Shown here: in pieces, positions 9,152-17,576 of the stretch
How positions within the stretch are numbered: position 1 is the first letter of the stretch
Layout: the number at the start of each line of letters is the position of its first letter
NCBI GenBank assembly: GCA_016699145.1
Contig: CP064962.1
Span: 30,001 to 62,000, forward strand
Origin: Candidatus Saccharimonadota bacterium
GTDB taxonomy: Bacteria; Patescibacteriota; Gracilibacteria; UBA1369; 2-02-FULL-48-14
Reading direction: 5' to 3'
Length of the DNA stretch: 32,000 nucleotides
Notes under the pieces: model-generated
Databases searched by the model: none
The model's input: only the letters and a program-made list of their open reading frames with translations
Told to the model about the DNA's origin: nothing
Translations under genes and position numbers: made by a program

Positions 9152-9188
9152 AAAACAGTGGATAGCAACTGAGCTTGGACGCATTTTC

Positions 9189-10034
9189 TTAAAGTCGCAA
9201 AAAATCATCAATTTCCCCCATTACTTTGCGCAATGCAGCAGTGAATGTTGGCAAATATTGTTCAACCGTTTCTAGTAAAGCTTCGAACCTTGTAGGCGTG
9301 AGTTGTTCAGGAAGGAGTGGAGCCCCATGGAGACTCGGCTGAGAAGGTTCAGGATCATCTGTAAGAGATGCAGGGTTTGAAGGGGGTTGAGGATTAGAGG
9401 TGCGGTCAGCACAGTTTTTTCTGATTCTCATAAGTTCTATGGCATCGGTATCTCCTGCTGTTGCTAATTTTTCCACCGTATCCAGTGAGAGAACATTATC
9501 TCCAGGGACTTCCTCTTCTAGCAATGCGTATGCTCCGGCTAGGTTAAATAAATTTGGTGAAACCGCTGTGATAGGTGGGGGAGTTCTTCCTCTTAAATTT
9601 GTAGTCTTGGGAGCCGGAGCTTTTAACGACATCACTAGAGTAGGCTCATCAGGTCCCACTACACCTCTCCCTAGTAGACCTTCATCCCCTTCCAAACCTC
9701 CAAAGACACCTGTTTCTTCACTATCTCCTTCCGCTTCTATTAAAGCAGTAGCCAATCTATTTCGCGTATTTTCAAAACTCAAATATCTTTCAGTAGGAGA
9801 TAAAGACTCCTTACCTTCCCTCAGTCTTATTTCATTGATTTGAGCGTAAATCATTCCTAAAGTTACTCCTTGTATCGAAGGATCTTTTGCCATCTTCTCT
9901 GCCAGCTCCTCCAAAGCAGCCTCAACTGCATCACGAGACGCGCCCAAAATTTTCGCATAAACCAAAAGATCATCCGGTCTTTCACCCTGACCCCTCCCAC
10001 CGTCCTCAACATGACTATCCAAAGCAGATGCCAT
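9189..10034 (-). CDS. hypothetical acidic, Pro/Ser-rich protein (ORFan)
   Basis: 281 aa from the ATG at 10034. Helical-looking N- and C-terminal ends flank a low-complexity centre. A strong promoter-like sequence lies immediately upstream on the minus strand. No domain recognised. Confidence 0.55.
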   Translation of the reverse strand: MASALDSHVEDGGRGQGERPDDLLVYAKILGASRDAVEAALEELAEKMAKDPSIQGVTLGMIYAQINEIRLREGKESLSPTERYLSFENTRNRLATALIEAEGDSEETGVFGGLEGDEGLLGRGVVGPDEPTLVMSLKAPAPKTTNLRGRTPPPITAVSPNLFNLAGAYALLEEEVPGDNVLSLDTVEKLATAGDTDAIELMRIRKNCADRTSNPQPPSNPASLTDDPEPSQPSLHGAPLLPEQLTPTRFEALLETVEQYLPTFTAALRKVMGEIDDFLRL

Positions 10035-10058
10035 ACACAAACGGTTAGCTTATCCTTG

Positions 10059-10086
10059 AGTATAGAACAACCGAACCACATGTCAA
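10059..10086 (-). promoter_or_regulatory. candidate sigma70 promoter for the 9189..10034 gene
   Basis: The minus strand reads TTGACA (10086-10081), 16-nt spacer, TATACT (10064-10059), 24 nt upstream of the ATG. Confidence 0.5.
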
Positions 10087-10117
10087 ATTTTTCTTCGCAG
10101 GTGCTTTCTCCGCAGAA

Positions 10118-10372
10118 CTAATACCCTTTTGAACTGCCTCTAAAAATCCCAATAACCGAAATCAAAGCGGCCAAGGTGGCTACCAAGAATACGACGGAAA
10201 GCACAGATTCCGAAACAGGCCATTCATAAAGACGGGCCAAATCGTAGTAAACGTAAATGCCAAAGGTGAGGGCAAGGCCCATCATGTAAAAGCGTCCGCG
10301 CACAGCAATGAAGAGCGCCAAAATAGCGATGACAAGCTCCAAAACAATGGAGAGGATGGGTATAGTATTCAT
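10118..10372 (-). CDS. small integral membrane protein (three predicted helices)
   Basis: The 84-aa ORF is almost entirely hydrophobic (MNTIPILSIVLELVIAILALFIAV...). Confidence 0.6.
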   Translation of the reverse strand: MNTIPILSIVLELVIAILALFIAVRGRFYMMGLALTFGIYVYYDLARLYEWPVSESVLSVVFLVATLAALISVIGIFRGSSKGY

Positions 10373-10442
10373 TTTTATGAGTGGACTAGAGTATTATATC
10401 AAAGTGAAAAAGTGAAACAATTAGATTTTAACCCTCTCACGT

Positions 10443-10877
10443 ATGGCAGAACTCAAAACTAAAAAGACCAAGGCAAGTGTCTCTGCATTTTTGGCTGCAG
10501 TGGAAGATGAGAAAAAACGTAAAGACTGCCAAGAACTAGCGAAAATTTTCGAAGAAATAACAGAGGAAAAACCGGCCATGTGGGGGGACAGCATTGTGGG
10601 CTTTGGTTCTTACCATTACAAATCTGAACGAAGCAAGCAAGAAGGGGACTGGCCACTGACGGGATTCTCCCCTAGAAAGAAAAACATCACCCTCTACATC
10701 ATGTGCGGGTTCAAAGACCAAGAAAAGTTTTTGAAAAAAATAGGAAAACACAAAGTGAGTGGCGGGTCCTGCCTTTACATCAAACATTTATCGGACATTG
10801 ATCTGGGAATATTAAAGGAACTTATCAAAGCTTCCTTAAAAGTCATGAAGGAAAGATATAAACTTGCTGTATTATAA
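10443..10877 (+). CDS. DUF1801 (YdhG-like) domain protein
   Basis: V..FL........R..D...L..IF.....E.P.MWG.SIVGFG.Y.Y......G.W...GFSPRK..ITLY fits the DUF1801 family pattern. Confidence 0.8.
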   Translation: MAELKTKKTKASVSAFLAAVEDEKKRKDCQELAKIFEEITEEKPAMWGDSIVGFGSYHYKSERSKQEGDWPLTGFSPRKKNITLYIMCGFKDQEKFLKKIGKHKVSGGSCLYIKHLSDIDLGILKELIKASLKVMKERYKLAVL

Positions 10878-10882
10878 AACCC

Positions 10883-11233
10883 ATGGACAATACAAGAATT
10901 TTCGCCATTTCCTTTGCCAGCGTTTATCCGCTTTATGTTAAAAAGGCAGAGAAAAAAGGCCGCTCAAAGGCAGAGGTGGACGCCATCATTTGCTGGTTGA
11001 CGGGCTACAATGAGCAAGAACTGGAGCAGCAAATCAACAAAGCGCTTGATTTCAAAACCTTTTTTGCAGAGGCACCGCAGATCCATCCCAACGCCTCAAA
11101 AATCACAGGGGTTATTTGCGGTTGGCGTGTGGAAGAAATGAAGGATAAACTCATGCAAAAAATCCGCTATTTGGACAAATTGATCGATGAATTGGCCAAA
11201 GGGAAGGCCATGGAAAAGATTTTGAGGAAATAG
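10883..11233 (+). CDS. DUF2200 family protein
   Basis: [37 protein letters not shown] is characteristic of DUF2200. Confidence 0.8.
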   Translation: MDNTRIFAISFASVYPLYVKKAEKKGRSKAEVDAIICWLTGYNEQELEQQINKALDFKTFFAEAPQIHPNASKITGVICGWRVEEMKDKLMQKIRYLDKLIDELAKGKAMEKILRK

Positions 11234-11239
11234 AGCGAG

Positions 11240-11530
11240 TCAATTTTTCAGAATGCGATTTAAACCCAAAGCCAGAAGATAGGGAAGCACTAAAAGGATC
11301 CCAAAGGCACTCAGCCAAGTCCAAATCGTAAGAATGGGGCCGTAGTAAGGGTCCCCGGGGAAAAGGAATTTTCCGTCTTCATCAATCAAAGCGCACAGAG
11401 AAAAATAGTATCCTTGAGTGGAGTCCCAAATAAAAGTTTCACAAGGGAAGATTTGCAAATGGGTAAGGCTCAATACAAGGAGAAAGGCAAGAACCAAAGG
11501 GATGAAAAACTTAAAAACGCGTTTTTTCAT
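11240..11530 (-). CDS. hypothetical membrane protein
   Basis: 96-aa ORF with hydrophobic N- and C-terminal helices. It overlaps the upstream gene by 4 nt, suggesting translational coupling. Confidence 0.5.
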   Translation of the reverse strand: MKKRVFKFFIPLVLAFLLVLSLTHLQIFPCETFIWDSTQGYYFSLCALIDEDGKFLFPGDPYYGPILTIWTWLSAFGILLVLPYLLALGLNRILKN

Positions 11531-11850
11531 AAAAATTCTGAATTAAAGCTTAGAAGAACAGCATAAAATTCCTCGTCGCTGGCTTCCTCTCCCTCCAGAC
11601 AAGCATTGGGATGCGTTTTCCAATAAGGAGAATTTTTCATATTTTTTCGAGTCAGACGTTCACCCATGGCTCGATCGCTCACTCCTTCAATCGTCATGAA
11701 AAATTGAATGCCACCTTCAAAGATTTCGGCACAGTCTTTGATTTTGCCGTCACTGCCTAAACAGTACTGGCAAACCTGACCGAACTCAGTAGCGGTGCCA
11801 AAACCGTGCGCCTCATCCAGAGGCATGGAACAGGAAGCACAAGTGTTCAT
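11527..11850 (-). CDS. putative zinc-ribbon domain protein
   Basis: The N-terminal C-x2-C ... C-x2-C (CASCSMPL....FGT....QVCQYC) resembles the 'putative zinc ribbon' family seen in small bacterial proteins. Confidence 0.6.
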   Translation of the reverse strand: MNTCASCSMPLDEAHGFGTATEFGQVCQYCLGSDGKIKDCAEIFEGGIQFFMTIEGVSDRAMGERLTRKNMKNSPYWKTHPNACLEGEEASDEEFYAVLLSFNSEFL

Positions 11851-11862
11851 AAGTAGAGTAAT

Positions 11863-12270
11863 TTAAACCTGATGATTCACAAAACTCTGGAACCCTCCAT
11901 ACGCCATGCGATTCATGTCCATCGGCATTTCCATGTCTTTGTATTGCTCCGGACTCATTTCAGGATCGGCCATCACTTTGGCGTTCACTTCATCACGATG
12001 TTCGCGTGACTTGAAAATGATAAATGAAAACACAGGCACTTCCTCTACACTTGTTTTGAGCATTTCAGGAAAAGTCATCATCTTGCCCATGTCTGGATGG
12101 TCTTCAGGCATCTCCATCTGAGGAGGCGTCATGTCCTCACCCACGCATTCATAATACGCCAGAGCGCCATGCTTCATCCAAATCTTTCCACCGAGGGAAG
12201 CCATTTGTTTATAAGCATCGAGTTTATCCTTTTTAATAGCCAAGACAAAGCCATCAACGTAGGGTGCCAT
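11863..12270 (-). CDS. DUF1428 family protein
   Basis: The ATG at 12270 gives MAPYVDGFVLAIKKDKLDAYKQMASLGGKIWMKHGALAYYECVGEDM...AYGGF, which fits the DUF1428 pattern. Confidence 0.8.
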   Translation of the reverse strand: MAPYVDGFVLAIKKDKLDAYKQMASLGGKIWMKHGALAYYECVGEDMTPPQMEMPEDHPDMGKMMTFPEMLKTSVEEVPVFSFIIFKSREHRDEVNAKVMADPEMSPEQYKDMEMPMDMNRMAYGGFQSFVNHQV

Positions 12271-12364
12271 AGAAAAAATAAAGAATACTAGCCCCATGCT
12301 ATACTGAACTCACAAATTCGTAAACCAACTTCGCATAGATTGGGGATTACTCTCCAAAGCTATT

Positions 12365-12384
12365 GGCTGGCCACTCGGGTCTAG
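12365..12384 (+). repeat. mosaic repeat family, copy A, L module plus CTAG core (split by IS5)
   Basis: GGCTGGCCACTCGGGTCTAG is identical to the copies at 20946, 23523 and 24804. Confidence 0.85.
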
Positions 12385-13225
12385 GAGCTGTTAACATAAA
12401 TAGAGGAGTGGTGTAGAGTGAAGTTACTCTAACCCTAACGCCATGTACCAGATGCTAACGGATGAACAGTTCAAACTGATCCAGCCTTATTTTCCAAAGC
12501 CCAGAAAGCCTGAAAAGATTCCACTGAAACGTTGCATGGATGCCATTTGTTATGTACTTAAAACAGGGTGCGCATGGAGACAAATGCCCTACGATTACAG
12601 AGAAAAAGAGAATGACTGGCACACGATTTATACAAGATACAAACGGTGGAGCGAATCTGGACTTTTTGGACAAATGCTTAGAGCACTTGAAGTAGCAGAT
12701 GTACTTCAAGTGCGAATAGCTTTCCTGGACAGTACAACAAATAGAGCGCACCACAGTGCAGCGGGAGCCATGAAAAAGGGGCCACAAGCGTTAGGCCGAA
12801 GTAGAGGTGGGTACACTACAAAAATTCACATGATTGCTGGAGATCCAGATCATGGGATGCACTTTGTTTTAACAGGTGGTGAAGTGAGCGATGTGAAAGT
12901 TGGAAAACAAATTTTGAGAGATTATTCGTTTCCAAAAACAGTAGATCATTTGGCTATGGACAAAGGTTATTCATGCTACAAAGTTCTGGAGCTGTGCAAA
13001 GAAAAAGGCATAACTCCAGTCGTTCCTCCAAAGGCAAAAATGAAATTTCCGTGGGAATACAACAAGAACATTTATGCCTACCGCAACGAGATTGAACGCC
13101 TATTTCACCGAATGAAAAATTACAGAAGAATTTCAACTCGCTATGACAAATTAGACCTGATGTATGCCTCCTTTATCTCCCTCTGCCTTGTGGCACTTTT
13201 ACTCAAAGTCTTATGTTAACAGCTC
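12385..13225 (+). mobile_element. intact IS5-family insertion sequence (841 bp)
   Basis: Perfect 15-bp terminal inverted repeats: GAGCTGTTAACATAA at 12385-12399 and its reverse complement at 13211-13225. A 4-bp CTAG direct repeat flanks the element (12381-12384 and 13226-13229). It holds a single DDE transposase ORF whose stop codon lies inside the right inverted repeat. Confidence 0.9.
12443..13219 (+). CDS. IS5-family DDE transposase
   Basis: LTDEQFKLIQPYFP.....R..........AICYVLKTGCAWRQMP.......W.T.Y.RY.RW...G is the N-terminal IS5 motif. FLDST, MDKGY and RNEIERLFHRMKNYRRISTRYDK match the DDE and YREK region. Confidence 0.9.
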   Translation: MYQMLTDEQFKLIQPYFPKPRKPEKIPLKRCMDAICYVLKTGCAWRQMPYDYREKENDWHTIYTRYKRWSESGLFGQMLRALEVADVLQVRIAFLDSTTNRAHHSAAGAMKKGPQALGRSRGGYTTKIHMIAGDPDHGMHFVLTGGEVSDVKVGKQILRDYSFPKTVDHLAMDKGYSCYKVLELCKEKGITPVVPPKAKMKFPWEYNKNIYAYRNEIERLFHRMKNYRRISTRYDKLDLMYASFISLCLVALLLKVLC

Positions 13226-13323
13226 CTAGTACCCTTTGGCCTGTTTCATTGTAGTGCCTCTTGTCGTGAGACACAATTGTGGTGTTTCAGGCTAAATGAG
13301 ACATTTGAGGCAGTATAAAAAGG
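13226..13323 (+). repeat. mosaic repeat family, copy A, core plus type-1 middle plus R module
   Basis: CTAGTACCCTTTGGCCTGTTTCATTGTAGTGCCTCTTGTCGTGAGACACAATTGTGGTGTTTCAGGCTAAATGAGACATTTGAGGCAGTATAAAAAGG aligns over its full length with 23539-23636 and 24820-24918. Confidence 0.85.
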
Positions 13324-13398
13324 AGATGGATTATTGATGAATCGAAGTGGTGGAATTATTTTTCATGTGCTAAACTGAGCCAACTCTTTGCCCCCTAA

Positions 13399-13692
13399 AT
13401 GAACATAATAACTTTTCTTCGCTCTTTCAGGATAGGGCCATTCGCGATTTTTGATTTTGCTCTTACGTACTTAATAGCCTATGCAGTCGGTCCATATTTG
13501 AAAAAAATTGGAATTCCTCTTTCTCGTGAGCAATTCATGTATTTGATATTACCGATAAGCCTTATTGTTCATTACGTTTTTAAGCAGGAGACCCCTTTAA
13601 CCCAAATGGTGCTTATGCCAAATGATTATTTCATTTGGAAAGGGGTTATCGTTCTTATGATAGTAATGGCTATTGTAAGACGAAAAAAGTAA
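13399..13692 (+). CDS. hypothetical membrane protein
   Basis: 97-aa ORF with three hydrophobic segments and a basic C-terminus. Confidence 0.55.
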   Translation: MNIITFLRSFRIGPFAIFDFALTYLIAYAVGPYLKKIGIPLSREQFMYLILPISLIVHYVFKQETPLTQMVLMPNDYFIWKGVIVLMIVMAIVRRKK

Positions 13693-13718
13693 CAGATATA
13701 TTTTAAATTTAAAACGCT

Positions 13719-14186
13719 ATGGGAAAAACCATTAAACTAATTGCGTCAATACTCCTCTGCGAAACGGCTGGAATTATAGGTGTTGGATTTACAACGTCAG
13801 CTATTCCAACTTGGTACGACGCCCTCAATAAACCCTCTTTTAATCCACCATCGTGGATATTTGGTCCGGTATGGACGGCGCTCTATTTCTTTATGGGTCT
13901 GTCTCTATTCTTAGTATGGATTAACCCTTCTAAGACAAAACAAAAAGCTTTCCTCTTCTTCTTTATCCAACTTTTACTGAATGCAATATGGTCTCCGGTT
14001 TTCTTTGGCTTGCGATCCACTTCCATGGGTTTGATCGTCATTATTTTTCTATGGATTTTCATCCTGCTAACACTAATCCACTTCTACAAGATATCTAAAC
14101 CCTCCGCTGCACTGCTAGCCCCATATTTTCTGTGGGTAAGTTTTGCAACCGTCCTCAATTTTTCAATATGGCAACTTAACTTATGA
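13719..14186 (+). CDS. tspO: TspO/MBR tryptophan-rich sensory protein
   Basis: WY..L.KPSFNPP.W.FGPVWT.LY..MG...W and the W-rich five-helix layout are typical of TspO. Confidence 0.9.
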   Translation: MGKTIKLIASILLCETAGIIGVGFTTSAIPTWYDALNKPSFNPPSWIFGPVWTALYFFMGLSLFLVWINPSKTKQKAFLFFFIQLLLNAIWSPVFFGLRSTSMGLIVIIFLWIFILLTLIHFYKISKPSAALLAPYFLWVSFATVLNFSIWQLNL

Positions 14187-14187
14187 G

Positions 14188-14201
14188 ATAGCCTCTAGTA
14201 C
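14188..14201 (+). repeat. mosaic repeat family, short core copy B'
   Basis: ATAGCCTCTAGTAC is identical to 15966-15979. It relates to the long L module by an internal deletion (ATGGC[TGGCCACTCGGG]TCTAGTAC). Confidence 0.6.
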
Positions 14202-14205
14202 AAGT

Positions 14206-14300
14206 AAATGGCAAAATACAAGAAGGGTATACCTATGAACTTGTTGAGCCAGAAGTAAAGAATTTTGATCCCGAATTCAAACCGGAACTTACTCCAAAGC
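14206..14300 (+). pseudogene. decayed 5' fragment of a paralogue of the 15485..15961 gene
   Basis: TTTTGATCCCGAATTCAAACCGGAACTTACTCCAAAG (14263-14299) matches 15531-15567 apart from two substitutions. Translation gives ..YTYELVEPEVKNFDPEFKPELTPK against MQKNYKYVLTEPVGKIFDPEFKPELTPK. The upstream ATG at 14208 is out of frame by one base. Confidence 0.6.
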
Positions 14301-14329
14301 TCACAATTAAATCCTTTAGCCGCGCCTCC

Positions 14330-14989
14330 ATGCCAAAAAAATTATTCTCTAATCATAAAAAAATGAATATACTCTGGATGATAGCCATCATCGCGGCTGC
14401 TCTCTTCTTGGTCTGGGTCGCCTTCGGTTACTTCGGAAGCCGCGTAGAAACACTCTCTTACACCGTTTTGAGCAGCGACAAAGAATATGAAATCAGAGAG
14501 CTGCCGGAGCACATCATTGCCGAAACCACGGTCAGCGGCAATTTTGACGACGCCAGCGGGGAGGCCTTTAACATTCTGGCCGGATATATTTTCGGGAACA
14601 ATGAAAAGAAACAATCCATAAGTATGACCAGTCCGGTGGTTGAAAATGAATACAAAAAGATCGCCATGACTGCCCCGGTTGTTGAACAAGATTCGGGGGC
14701 AAATCAAAAGATTTTTTCATTTGTCATGCCGGCCGAATACACAATGGAAACACTACCCGAGCCATTGGATAAAAGGATCACCATAAAAAAAGTGGAAAGT
14801 AAAAAAATAGCGGTTCTCACTTTCAGCGGTTTTTATTCTGAAAAGAAAATTAATGAAAAAAAACAACTGCTCAAACAATATCTGGATCGTGATGGCCTGG
14901 AATATTCCACCGTATCTTGGGCGGGTTATAATCCACCCTGGACTCCGCCTTTTATGCGCCGACTGGAGGTCTGGGCGGAGCTAAAATAA
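14330..14989 (+). CDS. SOUL/HBP-family heme-binding protein with an N-terminal membrane anchor
   Basis: YEIRELPEHIIAET...SGEAFNILAGYIFGNNEKKQSISMTSPV...MTAPV.. fits the SOUL family pattern, with an N-terminal TM helix. Confidence 0.8.
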   Translation: MPKKLFSNHKKMNILWMIAIIAAALFLVWVAFGYFGSRVETLSYTVLSSDKEYEIRELPEHIIAETTVSGNFDDASGEAFNILAGYIFGNNEKKQSISMTSPVVENEYKKIAMTAPVVEQDSGANQKIFSFVMPAEYTMETLPEPLDKRITIKKVESKKIAVLTFSGFYSEKKINEKKQLLKQYLDRDGLEYSTVSWAGYNPPWTPPFMRRLEVWAELK

Positions 14990-14998
14990 TTTTTAAAT

Positions 14999-15451
14999 AT
15001 GATAACACTCGATTTCATTGGCCTATTTATTTTTCTTGCCGGGTTTGTCATAGGCCTCGGGGCGGTAACGGTCATTGATATTCATGGTTTTCTGGGAAGA
15101 AAGTCCGCCTATTGGACCGAAGCAACCACACGAACACACAAAGTGACCAAACCGTTGATCTGGATTGGAATAATACTGGCGATCATAGGAGGAGCGATCT
15201 TGTATCGACATCAATCCTTTACGGGTGTGCCTTTCATGCACGCAATTATCGCGGTGATATTAATTTTAAACGGAATTTTCTTATCATTCAAAGTCAGCCC
15301 ATTTCTTCTGCAGCAGGAAAAAGAAGGAAAAGCCGGAACACTGCTTCCAAAATCATTACAGAGAAAAATCGTGGTAAGCTTGATTGTTTCCGATCTTGGT
15401 TGGTGGGGAGGGCTGCTTTTGTTTGTCTTTTATCTGGTGAATCAAAACTGA
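14999..15451 (+). CDS. hypothetical integral membrane protein (four helices)
   Basis: 150-aa hydrophobic ORF. No family recognised. Confidence 0.6.
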   Translation: MITLDFIGLFIFLAGFVIGLGAVTVIDIHGFLGRKSAYWTEATTRTHKVTKPLIWIGIILAIIGGAILYRHQSFTGVPFMHAIIAVILILNGIFLSFKVSPFLLQQEKEGKAGTLLPKSLQRKIVVSLIVSDLGWWGGLLLFVFYLVNQN

Positions 15452-15484
15452 TATGCGAAAAAGATAGTCATTGTGAATGACAAG

Positions 15485-15961
15485 ATGCAAAAAAATTACA
15501 AATATGTTTTAACTGAGCCTGTCGGAAAAATTTTTGATCCCGAATTCAAGCCGGAACTTACTCCGAAACAAATGCTGGAACTTGGTGTTTTTGGAGGTAA
15601 ATATATGACCGATTGTCAAAATGAATTCCCCGCAGATTGGTTTGAAAAAGCAAAACTTTGCTCAACCCATCATGAAGCGAAATTAAATTACTTTGGAATA
15701 AATGCGTCACAAGCTCTTTCCGTTTGGCAGAAAAAAGGCTGGATTTATCCTTTAGATCCTCGCGGATGGTTCCAGTGGTATTGCCGTTATTACATGGGAC
15801 GACGCATTGAGGAGGAAGACCGAAGACAAATCAAAAGATGGAAAGCCATCCAAAGACACATCGCACAGGTACGAAAAAACTGCCTAAAAGGCGATTTAAA
15901 TTGCAGACCAAAACAACGACAAGCCATTTTGCATTGGGCTTATGATTCTAGAAAAATATAA
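15485..15961 (+). CDS. conserved hypothetical protein (DPRGWFQWYCRYYMGRR motif)
   Basis: The ATG at 15485 (MQKNYKY...) is preferred over the track GTG at 15473. The soluble protein has a distinctive W/R-rich motif. I cannot name the family. Confidence 0.7.
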   Translation: MQKNYKYVLTEPVGKIFDPEFKPELTPKQMLELGVFGGKYMTDCQNEFPADWFEKAKLCSTHHEAKLNYFGINASQALSVWQKKGWIYPLDPRGWFQWYCRYYMGRRIEEEDRRQIKRWKAIQRHIAQVRKNCLKGDLNCRPKQRQAILHWAYDSRKI

Positions 15962-15965
15962 ATGC

Positions 15966-16072
15966 ATAGCCTCTAGTACCATTGTAGACTTTCTTATCCT
16001 AGCGTTTCTTGTCATGAGTCACAACGGCGGCCTTTCAGGATAAATGAGACATTTGAGACAGTGTAAAAAGGG
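15966..16072 (+). repeat. mosaic repeat family, copy B (short core plus divergent middle plus R module)
   Basis: ATAGCCTCTAGTACC...ATTGTAG...TTTCAGGATAAATGAGACATTTGAGACAGTGTAAAAAGGG. The R module is near-identical to copies D and E. The 5' CTGTCTCA arm is missing. Confidence 0.8.
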
Positions 16073-16142
16073 TTGACGTTAAAGCACTTATTGCAACCTA
16101 TTTGCAATAGTATTCAACTTGTCGCATTCACAAACATCCGAT

Positions 16143-17576
16143 ATGATCCTGCCATCCATGCACTCGATCAAATCGATTAATTCGCCCTGGTTAGAAAACT
16201 GGAGGTCCACGCGCCAATCAGCACAGTTGTCTCAAAATCTTGAAACGGAAATATTAATTGTAGGAGGGGGTATTGCCGGGCTTATGACTGCTTTTTTTGT
16301 GCTTCAAAAAACACGAAAAAATGTGGTTTTGTTGGAAGGAAACAGAGTCGCTCACGGGGCAACAGGTCACAATGCTGGCCAGCTGGTGACTTACTTTGAA
16401 ACAGACTTTTATCGCCTTGTTCAAAACTATGGACTCACCTTGGCTGCTAAAGCGTATCAAGATGTTTTAAGCGCGTGGGACCTATTAGAGGAAGTACAAA
16501 AAATCGTCCAGTTCAAAACTCCAATCCATATTTTTACGGGGTATGCAGGGATCTGTTCAAAGGAAGAGCTGTATGGTTACATGCAGAACCGTTTGTTGTT
16601 CAAGGAGGCAGGTCTGCAAACAGAGGCAATATTGATTTCCAGTGAATACAAAGGCCTCAAATCCATTCCAAAAAAATACGCCTCTACATTTGCATGTGTA
16701 CCACCTGGACAACTGATGAATCTCTTGCAAACAGAAAACATAAATTATTTTGCGGCAGGAGTTGCCAAAGCTGGAGTGACCAACAGCGCTCATCTCACCG
16801 AAGAACTCGCCATCTTCTTAACGGAAAAGTATCCAGATCGTTTCAAGATTTTTGAACACAGCATAGTGGACCGTTTGAAACTGAGAGAAGATGACGCGGT
16901 GGCAGAAGTTCGCGATGGACATCATGTGCAAGCTAAAAAAGTAGTTTTATGCACAAACGGATTCGAAAATATCAGTATATTAGATCATGGCCAATCAGAT
17001 TTAGATACACATTTTCATGAAAGTGTGTATGGGGTGATAGGGTATATGGCCGCTTATGTGGAAAATGTACAAAACGAGGCCACGGCCATCACGTATCATG
17101 ATACAGATTCAATCAAAACACGCAGTGATGCAGAAATCGTTCCTTATTTTTATTTGACGCGTCGGCCTCATGGAAACGAAGCGCAAAATAGTTTGGTGTG
17201 CCTTGGCGGTCCAGAAACTCGTCTGGAAGACAAAAAAGATTATCATGCTCAAGATCATGCTTATCCAGAAATGGCGCTTGCTGATTTAAGTGATGGGCTT
17301 AAAAAAAATTACGCCCCTGTCCCCAAAGGAACACTACGCTTTAAGTATGAGTGGCATGGCCTCATGGGATACACCCCGAGTGGACTACGTTGTGTGGGCC
17401 CCGAACCCTTGAATCCAGTATTGCTTTATAATCTGGGTTGCAATGGAGTGGGAATCCTCCCCTCTATTTTTGGTGGGAAGAGGGTCTCAGATTTCCTGCT
17501 CCATAAAAACTTAGACACATCGATTTTTGATCCACAAGCTACAGCATCTAAAGCTAAAAAGGGGCTTTGCCAGTGA
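16143..17576 (+). CDS. FAD-dependent oxidoreductase (DAO/glycine-oxidase-like superfamily)
   Basis: N-terminal Rossmann motif ILIVGGGIAGLMTAF; length and C-terminal GCNGVG pattern fit the FAD-dependent oxidoreductase (DAO) family. The start is uncertain (TTG 16119 or ATG 16143). Confidence 0.8.
   Translation: MILPSMHSIKSINSPWLENWRSTRQSAQLSQNLETEILIVGGGIAGLMTAFFVLQKTRKNVVLLEGNRVAHGATGHNAGQLVTYFETDFYRLVQNYGLTLAAKAYQDVLSAWDLLEEVQKIVQFKTPIHIFTGYAGICSKEELYGYMQNRLLFKEAGLQTEAILISSEYKGLKSIPKKYASTFACVPPGQLMNLLQTENINYFAAGVAKAGVTNSAHLTEELAIFLTEKYPDRFKIFEHSIVDRLKLREDDAVAEVRDGHHVQAKKVVLCTNGFENISILDHGQSDLDTHFHESVYGVIGYMAAYVENVQNEATAITYHDTDSIKTRSDAEIVPYFYLTRRPHGNEAQNSLVCLGGPETRLEDKKDYHAQDHAYPEMALADLSDGLKKNYAPVPKGTLRFKYEWHGLMGYTPSGLRCVGPEPLNPVLLYNLGCNGVGILPSIFGGKRVSDFLLHKNLDTSIFDPQATASKAKKGLCQ

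Noticed and set aside
9400-9843. Plus-strand ORF (147 aa) antisense to the 9189..10034 gene
   Set aside because: It is shorter, extremely Ser/Pro-rich and low-complexity. It has no promoter or start context, whereas the minus-strand ORF has a near-consensus promoter and helical termini.
13306-13323. R-module end (TTGAGACAGTATAAAAA) as an outward-facing mobile promoter driving the downstream block
   Set aside because: TATAAA has no acceptable -35 at 16-18 nt (GCTAAA) and no TG extension. Using TTGAGA as a -35 finds no -10 at the right spacing in most copies. The unique leaders downstream contain better promoter candidates of their own. Copy D faces the 3' end of a convergent gene. I cannot fully exclude it without TSS data.
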